From: a virus
Length of the DNA: 64,000 nucleotides
IMG/VR virus record: IMGVR_UViG_3300008108_000044
Location: 1 to 64,000 of that record
Reading direction: 5' to 3' (one strand)
Made by a program: the position numbers and the translations under genes. A model generated the notes under the pieces. It was not told the DNA's origin. It ran no database searches and saw only the letters and a list, made by a program, of their open reading frames with translations. Positions 46,117-55,034 of the stretch are shown here, piece by piece (within the stretch, counting starts at the first letter, position 1; each line of letters starts with the position of its first letter).

Positions 46117-46869
46117 ATGGGAATTGTTGTAACAAAATTACAAGAAGATAGGGAAACTCTTTTACGGCAAAATCAAGTACTACCAGAAAGAATTTCCGTT
46201 GCATCTTCTTTAAGGGATGCTTTTAATGGACCATCTGCAAATGCTGCTCAACAAAGCTTAAATACCGTTAATGCTGCAAATGCGGTTAAAGTTCAAATCA
46301 TTGCCATTGGTGGAAATACTGGACTATTAACAACAAGATATGGTTCCAGTACAGCAAATATTACATCACAGTATGGAAGTATTGTATCTGGAGTTGGCAC
46401 TGCCACTGCTGTATCTTTGGGTATTGCTGGATTAGGAACAGCAATTATTGCGTATGGGACAGTCACAGCAGATGTTCTTAAATCTTATGACTATCCAAAA
46501 ATTTCTGGAGGAAATTATGGATCTGATTATCCATTCACTGGAGAAGGATATGTTACTGTTACATCTTCTAATGTTGGACTTGGCGTAAGTACACGATTAT
46601 TTCAAAATAGTGGGTCTGAACTGGGAAAGGTATTTGATATTATTGGTCCAGCAGTAGATGTAACCACCCTTATATCGCAATATAATTCTGGAATTGGTAC
46701 TGTATCATCTCAAAACAGTGTTGCCACAGCAACTCAAAAGATTAAGGGAGAATATGAATTGCAAGTTTGGGGTCTTAATAGACAATTACAGGAAAATAAT
46801 GAAAGATTAACCGAAATTAATGAAGCTCTTGGTTATGCAAATGATCCTGGATACGGAGGACCTTGGTAA
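46117..46869 (+). CDS. Putative virion structural protein
   Basis: Gly/Ser/Thr-rich with coiled-coil ends; AATAAATA upstream. Confidence 0.45.
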   Translation: MGIVVTKLQEDRETLLRQNQVLPERISVASSLRDAFNGPSANAAQQSLNTVNAANAVKVQIIAIGGNTGLLTTRYGSSTANITSQYGSIVSGVGTATAVSLGIAGLGTAIIAYGTVTADVLKSYDYPKISGGNYGSDYPFTGEGYVTVTSSNVGLGVSTRLFQNSGSELGKVFDIIGPAVDVTTLISQYNSGIGTVSSQNSVATATQKIKGEYELQVWGLNRQLQENNERLTEINEALGYANDPGYGGPW

Positions 46870-46875
46870 GAGGGG

Positions 46876-46904
46876 TTGACAACCCAGAAGCAACGTCGTA
46901 TAAT
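46876..46904 (+). promoter_or_regulatory. Consensus sigma70 promoter for the tRNA region
   Basis: TTGACA-17 nt-TATAAT. Confidence 0.85.
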
Positions 46905-46969
46905 ATATGGGTAATCAGTTGAGGGGTCGCCCAAGTCTCAGTTTAGATCTCTCAATGATTACCCCACAC

Positions 46970-47040
46970 GCGAATGTGGTGTAGCGGTAACATCCCATCC
47001 TTCCAAGTTGGTGTCACGGGTTCGATCCCCGTCATTCGCT
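46970..47040 (+). tRNA. tRNA-Gly(TCC)
   Basis: GCGAATG/CATTCGC acceptor stem, CTTCCAA anticodon loop, GGTTCGAT T-loop. Confidence 0.9.
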
Positions 47041-47103
47041 TGGGGAAGTGATCCTGCGGTTCTGTCCAAGAGCTCTCCTTCCCCTTTTTACAAACTGAAT
47101 ATC

Positions 47104-47352
47104 ATGAAGACAAAACCTTTTTATTCCGACCTAATTGAAATGCCTGTAAAGACAACACCAGAAAATGTCAAGGAAGCAAACCTAGGTCTTTTTAATTGTA
47201 CGATGACACTTCCTGCTGCCGCAGTTCACTGTGGTATGACACAGAAGGAAATGAAAATGACCTTCCGTGAATATTTGAAGTATCATCCACCCACTTATGG
47301 GAGCGTGGTGGAATCGGTAGACACACCAGACTTAAAATCTGTCGGGAATTAA
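47104..47352 (+). CDS. Cyanophage hypothetical protein; 3' end overlaps tRNA-Leu
   Basis: M.LPAAA.HCGMT.KEMK.TF motif; ATG at 47104 (47140 also possible). Confidence 0.5.
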   Translation: MKTKPFYSDLIEMPVKTTPENVKEANLGLFNCTMTLPAAAVHCGMTQKEMKMTFREYLKYHPPTYGSVVESVDTPDLKSVGN

Positions 47353-47383
47353 TCCTGTGGGGGTTCAAGTCCCCCCGCTCCTA
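47299..47383 (+). tRNA. tRNA-Leu(TAA)
   Basis: GGGAGCG/CGCTCCT acceptor, CTTAAAA loop, long variable arm, GGTTCAAG. Confidence 0.9.
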
Positions 47384-47460
47384 CTGGGAGGAGTAATAAA
47401 GGGATAGAGTATAACTCTCCGCCTCCCTCCAACTAAATATAAAAAAAGATGGTATGATGC

Positions 47461-47748
47461 ATGAAGCTTAAAATTACTAAAGCTTATTGCTGGCACTCAC
47501 CAGAAAAATCAATAAGAAACGTAGTAATGATGTACTTCATAAATTCTATACCATTTACATGGGATGATTTAACGGAAGAGGAAGAACAAAATCCAGAAGT
47601 AGTAATTCAAGCAAATAATAATGTTGTATATACTGCTGAAGATTTATTCAGAGCTTCTGCTTATTTGATAATGGAAGAAGCACATCCGTGTTTTTTTGAA
47701 ATGGAATTAGAAAATCCTGAAGTATTGGCAGAATTAGATGATTTTTAA
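47461..47748 (+). CDS. Conserved cyanophage hypothetical protein
   Basis: MYFI..IPFTWD...YLI.EE.HP. Confidence 0.55.
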   Translation: MKLKITKAYCWHSPEKSIRNVVMMYFINSIPFTWDDLTEEEEQNPEVVIQANNNVVYTAEDLFRASAYLIMEEAHPCFFEMELENPEVLAELDDF

Positions 47749-47749
47749 T

Positions 47750-47821
47750 GCCCTTGTAGCTCAGTGGTAGAGCAACGGTTTTGTAAACCGTTGGTCGCTG
47801 GTTCAAATCCAGTCGGGGGCT
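47750..47821 (+). tRNA. tRNA-Thr(TGT)
   Basis: GCCCTTG/CGGGGGC acceptor, TTTGTAA loop, GGTTCAAAT. Confidence 0.92.
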
Positions 47822-47839
47822 TTTAGTTTTAGTAGAGAT

Positions 47840-48943
47840 ATGATATTTGATGCTACTCATAATGAATATGATTTGAGTAAATATCCTTTACCACAGATTG
47901 TTTTATCTGCGGTTCAAAAATATTATCCTGATGTAGATAATTTACAATACTTACATGAACATGTGCCTAAAGATTCCATTGGCGAATTGGTAAAATATCT
48001 AACCAAAGATTTAGCAGATACTAATTTTTATGTCTTGTTTGACAAGATGGTTGAAGAGTATGTTTTACCAAAATTAAATACCGATATTTTGATACAAAAA
48101 TTTGGAAACGTAAGAATTACTGTTCCTAATCAAGATCAAAATGGCACTGTTTTACCATTTCATCAGGGAAGATGGGTTGGGAATGGATTAGGATTAAGAA
48201 CAGTTTGGTTACCATTTACAGAGACTTTTGATAGTAACTCTTTGCAAATTATTGGAATTGATAAAAGTAGAGAGATTACAAAAAAATCAACATCGGAAAA
48301 ATGGTCATATGAATCTTTGCAGGATGTATGTCTGCAAGAGTGTTATCCTGTAAATATGTCTCCTGGAAACTTTTTACTTTTTACTCAAGAAAATATTCAT
48401 GGAGGAATTCCAAATAGAACTGGAAAGACTAGAATGAGTATTGACGTTAGACTTTTATTGAGGAATGGACAACCACATAGGAAATGGCCAGGAGCATACT
48501 TTAGGAAATTAAATGACACAAATATTCAATCTCGTAAAATTAAAATTTTACCTGAAGAAAGTGTGATCACTTATGCCGAGTATGATGGATTTAAAACAAG
48601 GTATATTGATTTGTACTTTCAAACATTAACAGTCAGGGAATATTGTAACAGAATGGGATATAAATTCCCACATCAAACGGGAGACAATGAGGGTAGAGAT
48701 CATACGTTTTTGGAATATTCAATCAAAAATACACAACTAAATCATATCATTTTGTTTAGTATTTTTTCTCTTCCTGATGACAAATTTAGAAGATCATATA
48801 TAATGAATCTTGCATTAGAACATAATTGCAAACTTCATTTTGCGAACGAAGAATTTGTTCTTGACAGTCAAGAAATGATGGAAAAAATAGAATATTTAAG
48901 ATCATTCACAACCGATTGGAGTAATCCTGCATATGAAAATTAA
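47840..48943 (+). CDS. 2OG-Fe(II) oxygenase-like domain fused to a 'sporadic carbohydrate cluster'-like domain
   Basis: LPFH...VWLP..H...N.TGKTR.SID.R, then FSIFSLP...LHFANE. Confidence 0.55.
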   Translation: MIFDATHNEYDLSKYPLPQIVLSAVQKYYPDVDNLQYLHEHVPKDSIGELVKYLTKDLADTNFYVLFDKMVEEYVLPKLNTDILIQKFGNVRITVPNQDQNGTVLPFHQGRWVGNGLGLRTVWLPFTETFDSNSLQIIGIDKSREITKKSTSEKWSYESLQDVCLQECYPVNMSPGNFLLFTQENIHGGIPNRTGKTRMSIDVRLLLRNGQPHRKWPGAYFRKLNDTNIQSRKIKILPEESVITYAEYDGFKTRYIDLYFQTLTVREYCNRMGYKFPHQTGDNEGRDHTFLEYSIKNTQLNHIILFSIFSLPDDKFRRSYIMNLALEHNCKLHFANEEFVLDSQEMMEKIEYLRSFTTDWSNPAYEN

Positions 48944-49094
48944 TCTCTGGTATTGTAAAGATATGGATCTTTGGCGATGGACTCTTACAGATGATCATCG
49001 TCCAGTTGTTCGCCAAGAGTCTGGACAAAGACCAAATTTGAGAGACGCTATGAATGATGTTGCAACCACCGTAGAGTATCTAATGACAAAATAA
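48933..49094 (+). CDS. Small cyanophage protein (53 aa; not in ORF track)
   Basis: MKINLWYCKDMDLWRWTLTD...QESGQRPNLRDAMNDVA. Confidence 0.6.
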   Translation: MKINLWYCKDMDLWRWTLTDDHRPVVRQESGQRPNLRDAMNDVATTVEYLMTK

Positions 49095-49147
49095 TAAACT
49101 CTAGTGTATGAATAAATAAATCATAATAGCCATCCTAGAGTAATAAA

Positions 49148-52100
49148 ATGGGTCTTAGTCGCTTAGATAATTTTCTGAAGAATAGTAGAGGCGATATTCT
49201 ATACGTCGATCCCTCCAGTATAGACTCTACAGATAGTATTGAAAATCAGGGTAATTCATTAGTTAGACCTTTTAAGACAATCCAAAGGGCACTAATTGAG
49301 GCAGCAAGATTTTCATATCAAAAGGGACTTGATAATGATAGATTTAGTAGAACTACCATTATCGTATATCCTGGTGAGCATGTAATTGATAATAGACCTG
49401 GATGGATTCCAATTCATGATAATCCAATCACAGGAAATAATTGGTTAACGAGAAGTGGTGCGTCAACAAACGACCTTACGGAATTTACTTTAAATAGTGA
49501 TTTTGATATTGATTCACCAGATAATGATTTATATAAAATGAATTCTGTCTACGGGGGAGTTATTATTCCTCGTGGTACTTCTATTGTTGGTATGGATCTT
49601 CGTAAAACTAAGATTCGTCCAAAGTTTGTTCCAAATCCATCTGACGATACAATTGATTCAACTTGTTTGTTTAGAGTAACTGGTACTTGTTATTTTTACC
49701 AATTTACATTTTTTGATGCTGATCCAAACTCAAACGTATTTAAAGATTATGGAACCACAAAATACGTTCCTAATTTCTCTCACCACAAATTAACTTGTTT
49801 TGAGTATGCCGATGGTGTCAATGATGTAAAATTTAAGGATACTTACTTAGATTACAATACAAATAGGACAGATCTTGACATTTATTATCAAAAGATCGGA
49901 TTGGTTTATGGATCTTCAAGTGGAAGAGAAATTACTCCAGATTATCCAAGTGCAAATATCGATGTTCAATCAAAAATTGATGAATTTAGAATTGTTGGAT
50001 CTAAAGGACAAAATGTTGGTATTTCAAGCATTAAAGCTGGAGATGGTGTAACTTCTAGTAAGAAAATTACTGTTGATCTTGTTGAATCTATTGGTGGTCT
50101 TGACGTAGATACTCCAATTAGAATTGAAGGTATTCCTACAGGTGGATATAATGGATCCTTCGTTATTAAAACAGTTGAGTCTCCAACTAGAATTACTTAT
50201 GAAGTATCTTCTGCGCCAGGAAATGCTCTTCCAGCAATCGTATCTGGTGCTCCTACATTAAACATTGTTGTTGATTCTGTAACCTCAGCATCTCCATACA
50301 TCTTTAACTGTTCGTTACGTTCAGTGTATGGAATGTGCGGACTTCATGCGGATGGAAGCAAAGCCGATGGATTTAAGTCCATGGTTGTTGCACAATTTAC
50401 TGGAATTGGTCTGCAAAAAGATGATGCTGCATTTGTAAAATATAATGCAGTTTCTGGTGTATATGAAGACTCTACTGCTGTTAGCAATCTTCACACCAAT
50501 TCTTCTGCTGTATATAAACCAGCTTACGAAAACTTCCATATTAAGGCATCAAATGATGCATTCCTTCAGTTAGTATCTGTGTTTGCTATTGGATATGCAA
50601 ACCACTTTGTTGCTGAGTCTGGTGGAGACCACTCAATTACAAACTCTAACTCTAACTTTGGTGCAAAAGCAATTGTTTGCCGTGGATTTAGAAATGATGC
50701 ATTCCCAAGAGACGATACGGGATATATTACACATATTCTTCCCCCACAAAGAGTAGAAAGTAGTGACATAACAATTGAATTTGCTCCAATTGATGTTGAA
50801 AAAACAATATCAGTAGCAAATACTTCAAGACTTTATCTTTACAATGAATTTAATAGAAATATTCCACCAAAATCTGTTCTAGAAGGATACAGAATTGGTG
50901 CAAAAACTGGGGATAAATTAAAAGTTGTAATTAATATTGGTAACGTTGGTGTTACCAAAGAAGCTACAATTATAATGCCAGAAACTCAGGGAACTGGTAT
51001 CTATGAAGTTTCCTCAACAAAATTAGCTACTATTGGTAGAACCGCAATCGGTATCAATAGTATTACATCAAATATTTTTACAGCAACAGAACCGCACCAA
51101 TTTACTAATGGTGAATCTGTTCGTATTTTGAGTGATGATGGAGAACTTCCAGATGGATTGAGACATAATCAAGTTTATTATGCAATTACTTCTGGAATCA
51201 ATAGTGATCAAATTAAATTAGCACAAACATTTAATGATACTGTAAGTTTATCTGCAATTACAGTCAATAGTAAGGGAGGAATCCTTCAAGTTGAATCTAG
51301 AGTTTCTGATAAAAAATCTGGAGATATTGGACATCCTATACAATATGATAGTGCAATAGGACAATGGTATATTACTGTAAGTCAAACCAACAATAACATA
51401 TACAGTACTATTGTTGGACTTGGAACTGCTGCTTTAGGAAGAGCAACTCCAAAAACATTTATTAGTAGAACTCCAGACAATAGATCTCTTGATGATAGAA
51501 TCTATAAAGTTAGATATGTTATTCCAAGAGATTCGACTGTTTTAGGAAGACCACCAGAAGATGCATTTATTCTTCAAGAATCTAGTAGCACAGTTGGATT
51601 TACTAATGCTGAGGTTGCCAAGTTTAAGAGCATTGCTCCAGCAGTTTTATCTAATACCTCAGAATTAAGGAATCCCAGATTTATCTCTGGCGCTAGTTGG
51701 GATGCAATTGTTGGACTTGCAACATTTACAACAGATATTCCTCATGAATTATCTGTTGGATCAAAAGTACAAATTTTTAATGTTGTATCAACCTCAAACA
51801 CAACTGGTTTAGGATACACTGGATTTAATGGTGTTTTTACCGTCCTTGATAATCCAACTAGAAGAGAATTTACCGTTGGACTTACAACAAATCCTGGGGT
51901 ATTTTCCAATAATATTAATCAAAGAACCTTAGATCTTCCTAGATATGAAAGAAAAGAGTTTAATAATACTCTTTATATTTACAGAAAGGAAGCAGTACAA
52001 GAATATATTCCAAATGCGAAAGATGGTGTTTATCACTTAACATTATTAGATTCTTCTTCATCTCCGCAAGTTTCTCCATTCCAAAATCTTAGATTCTCGC

Positions 52101-54967
52101 AACCAGTAAGAAATCTATATCCACAACTTGATCGTGATAATCCAGTATCTGATCCAGATCAGACAAGAACGTTTGCTCTTCCAACACCACTTGGATACAC
52201 TGAAATTAATAATCCTCAGAATAGTATTACAAAAGAGGTTATTAATAAAAATATTAGAGACTTTGTAGTTGGTGTTGGTATTGTCGAGCTTCATTCATCT
52301 TCTGGAACTTCTCATACAATAACTACTAAAAAAGATCATGGATTAAATTATATTACTAGAGTTGGTATTACTAGTGCTGGTCTTAATTATGGTGATGGAA
52401 CTGGGAGTATTCAGACTCTTTATAATGCTAAACTCGTAGGATTTGCTGGATCAACGACTGGTAAATATGCAACTGCTAATATTGAGATTGACTCCGCTGG
52501 TTCAATTTCTGCAATTAAAATTGTAGATGGAGGATCTGCGTTTGGAATTGGTAATACTCTTGCTGTTGTTGGTGTAGGAACTACAAATGGATGGGTTCCT
52601 GGTGTTGTCACGGTTTTAGATATTCATAATAGTGTTGGGGATATAATCAGAATTGATGGCATCCGTGATAGTAGATTTACTGATTATAACAATCTATACA
52701 AGATTGTAAATGTTCCAACTGGTGATGATCAGAATGTAACGGTATCTTCTGCATCCACAATTTATGCTCGATATCAATTTACGGGCGCTCAACCAATTAC
52801 TGGCATTAATACAAATGGTCTCAGTAACGTTAATGCTACGGTTCTTTCTGACGTTACTGCTTATGTAACTGGTCCATCAGTAGGAATATCCTCATTAACA
52901 TATAATAATGTTACAGGTATTGCTAGTGTTGTAACTTCAAACTCTCATGGAGTTTTAGTTGGAAATAGAGTAGTATTCTCTGGATTTAATCAAGAACTCT
53001 ATCATGGTGAGTTTACAGTAACTGAAGTTTATAATGTAAGTAGTTTTGCTGTTAATGTTGGTGTAGGAACAACAAATCCAATTGCTTCTGGATCTGGTGA
53101 TGTATTCCCAGTTGGATTTAGCGCACAAAATGATACAATTGATTTTGCGGATGAAGCATCATCTTCAAGACTTGTCTATCAATATGCAGGGATTACAACA
53201 ACATTAAGCGTTGCATTAATTGATCCAACAATTAATACACTCACTGTAACAAATGCAACTAAAATTGGATGGGATTTGGGTGATTATATTGTTGTTGATA
53301 ATGAGATTATGCGTATTAGTGAGTCTATCACTTCTGATACTGCAATAGATGTATTCCGTGGTCTATTCGGAACCCAGAAACAAGTTCACCCCGTTGGGTC
53401 TGTAGTTAAAAAAGTTAGATTTAAACCAGTTGAATTTAGAAGAAACTCAATTATTCGTGCTTCTGGACATACTTTTGAATATCTTGGATTCGGTCCTGGT
53501 AACTATTCAACAGCATTACCAGAAAGACAAGATAGACAATTTAGGAGTGTTGAAAGAATCCTATCACAATCGGTATCTGATAATGGAGGAACTCCATTCT
53601 ATAATGGACTAGATGATAAAGGTAACGCTTACACAGTCACTAGATTTACTAGTGGCGCAACGGGACAAGACTTGCTTACCAGTGCTCCAATTCCTACAGT
53701 AAGAGGTGAAGATCTTACAAGTGGTAGTGATGCGGTTGGTTTTGACGTTGATTCAACAGAACAATTAACTGTAAATCGTGGATTAAAAGTTGATGGTGGT
53801 AAGGACAATAATATTTTATCTGAGTTTAACGGACCTCTTGTGGTTAATGAAAAGTTAACCGTCAATGATTCTGTAGAAACAAATAGTATTCTTATTCAAG
53901 GTGATCAAATCATTGCAAGAGAATATACCATTGGTATTGCAACTCCAGCAATTGCTGGTAACGTTGGTAATGTTGTATATGATGCAGAACCACCTTCTGG
54001 TGGTGAAGTCGGTTGGGTTTACACCAATGATAATTACTGGAAAAAGTTTGGACCTATTCAATCTGGTAGTGATAATTATTATGTTGGTTTATGGAGCGGT
54101 GCATTTAAAGGTGATGGATCTGGATTGAGCAATGTATCCGACGTTTGGGTATTTGATGGTGTTGGTATTTCAACTACTACTAACGTCGGTGTTGAGACAA
54201 CTTCAGCAAAAGTTGGTTATTCATTGTACGTAGCTGGACCAACACTATTTGAAAATAACGTTGAATTTAGAGCAACGTCCTTAACTTGGAATATCACTAA
54301 TGGATTCTTAGTTAATACTGGTATTAGTACATTTAACCAGCAGGTTAACATCAATACTATGCGAGTAATTGGTATATCTACATTTAGAAATGATGTTCTA
54401 ATTACTACAAATGATCAAACGACTGGTGATATTGATGGAAACTACCTCAGATTCCAGCAAACAGATCTTGCATTAAATGCTTCTTATACTTATGGTGGTG
54501 TAAAATTTGAAGGTAGAGATATTGGTAATGATGGTGAGCGTGGATACATCAAGGGTGTATCTGAAGGAACTTCTGGTCAATTTGCATTAATATTTGGCAC
54601 ACAAGGATCTGGACCTTCAGCACCACAAGAAAGACTTAGAATCAACAATGCTGGTAATGCTACCTTCTCTGGTACTGTCACTGCAAACTCTGATGAGAGA
54701 TTAAAGGAAAATGTTGTTGGAATCTCCAATGCATTGTCTAAAGTTCTATCTTTAAGAGGTGTTGAATTTAATCGTATTGGTCAAACAGATCGTGAGATTG
54801 GTGTTATCGCACAAGAAGTTGAGAAAGTTCTACCAGAGCTAGTTCACGAGGGTGTTGATGGTGTTAAGTCTGTTGCATACCAAAATATGGTTGCTGTTCT
54901 AATTGAAGCAATCAAGGAGCAGCAAGCACAGATTGACGAACTCAAAGCACGATTGGACAATCTTTGA
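49148..54967 (+). CDS. Large tail fibre / virion structural protein with C-terminal S74 intramolecular chaperone
   Basis: MGLSRL.NFL, PFKTIQRA, beta-rich body, SDERLKENV...G.IAQEVE...VAY. Confidence 0.8.
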   Translation: MGLSRLDNFLKNSRGDILYVDPSSIDSTDSIENQGNSLVRPFKTIQRALIEAARFSYQKGLDNDRFSRTTIIVYPGEHVIDNRPGWIPIHDNPITGNNWLTRSGASTNDLTEFTLNSDFDIDSPDNDLYKMNSVYGGVIIPRGTSIVGMDLRKTKIRPKFVPNPSDDTIDSTCLFRVTGTCYFYQFTFFDADPNSNVFKDYGTTKYVPNFSHHKLTCFEYADGVNDVKFKDTYLDYNTNRTDLDIYYQKIGLVYGSSSGREITPDYPSANIDVQSKIDEFRIVGSKGQNVGISSIKAGDGVTSSKKITVDLVESIGGLDVDTPIRIEGIPTGGYNGSFVIKTVESPTRITYEVSSAPGNALPAIVSGAPTLNIVVDSVTSASPYIFNCSLRSVYGMCGLHADGSKADGFKSMVVAQFTGIGLQKDDAAFVKYNAVSGVYEDSTAVSNLHTNSSAVYKPAYENFHIKASNDAFLQLVSVFAIGYANHFVAESGGDHSITNSNSNFGAKAIVCRGFRNDAFPRDDTGYITHILPPQRVESSDITIEFAPIDVEKTISVANTSRLYLYNEFNRNIPPKSVLEGYRIGAKTGDKLKVVINIGNVGVTKEATIIMPETQGTGIYEVSSTKLATIGRTAIGINSITSNIFTATEPHQFTNGESVRILSDDGELPDGLRHNQVYYAITSGINSDQIKLAQTFNDTVSLSAITVNSKGGILQVESRVSDKKSGDIGHPIQYDSAIGQWYITVSQTNNNIYSTIVGLGTAALGRATPKTFISRTPDNRSLDDRIYKVRYVIPRDSTVLGRPPEDAFILQESSSTVGFTNAEVAKFKSIAPAVLSNTSELRNPRFISGASWDAIVGLATFTTDIPHELSVGSKVQIFNVVSTSNTTGLGYTGFNGVFTVLDNPTRREFTVGLTTNPGVFSNNINQRTLDLPRYERKEFNNTLYIYRKEAVQEYIPNAKDGVYHLTLLDSSSSPQVSPFQNLRFSQPVRNLYPQLDRDNPVSDPDQTRTFALPTPLGYTEINNPQNSITKEVINKNIRDFVVGVGIVELHSSSGTSHTITTKKDHGLNYITRVGITSAGLNYGDGTGSIQTLYNAKLVGFAGSTTGKYATANIEIDSAGSISAIKIVDGGSAFGIGNTLAVVGVGTTNGWVPGVVTVLDIHNSVGDIIRIDGIRDSRFTDYNNLYKIVNVPTGDDQNVTVSSASTIYARYQFTGAQPITGINTNGLSNVNATVLSDVTAYVTGPSVGISSLTYNNVTGIASVVTSNSHGVLVGNRVVFSGFNQELYHGEFTVTEVYNVSSFAVNVGVGTTNPIASGSGDVFPVGFSAQNDTIDFADEASSSRLVYQYAGITTTLSVALIDPTINTLTVTNATKIGWDLGDYIVVDNEIMRISESITSDTAIDVFRGLFGTQKQVHPVGSVVKKVRFKPVEFRRNSIIRASGHTFEYLGFGPGNYSTALPERQDRQFRSVERILSQSVSDNGGTPFYNGLDDKGNAYTVTRFTSGATGQDLLTSAPIPTVRGEDLTSGSDAVGFDVDSTEQLTVNRGLKVDGGKDNNILSEFNGPLVVNEKLTVNDSVETNSILIQGDQIIAREYTIGIATPAIAGNVGNVVYDAEPPSGGEVGWVYTNDNYWKKFGPIQSGSDNYYVGLWSGAFKGDGSGLSNVSDVWVFDGVGISTTTNVGVETTSAKVGYSLYVAGPTLFENNVEFRATSLTWNITNGFLVNTGISTFNQQVNINTMRVIGISTFRNDVLITTNDQTTGDIDGNYLRFQQTDLALNASYTYGGVKFEGRDIGNDGERGYIKGVSEGTSGQFALIFGTQGSGPSAPQERLRINNAGNATFSGTVTANSDERLKENVVGISNALSKVLSLRGVEFNRIGQTDREIGVIAQEVEKVLPELVHEGVDGVKSVAYQNMVAVLIEAIKEQQAQIDELKARLDNL

Positions 54968-54973
54968 TCTGGA

Positions 54974-54998
54974 CGGGGGTTGACAAACCCCCTTTTTT
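54974..54998 (+). terminator. Rho-independent terminator overlapping a promoter
   Basis: GGGGGTT-GACA-AACCCCC plus T6; TTGACA in the hairpin and TATAAT at 55005. Confidence 0.75.
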
Positions 54999-55034
54999 AT
55001 GGGTTATAATGACTGGAGTTTACAAGCATAGCAC

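Noticed and set aside
47008-47103. 5' extension of ORF 47008..47352
   Set aside because: Starts inside tRNA-Gly; ATG at 47104 or later is more plausible
47648-47860. Minus-strand ORF
   Set aside because: Antisense translation of tRNA-Thr
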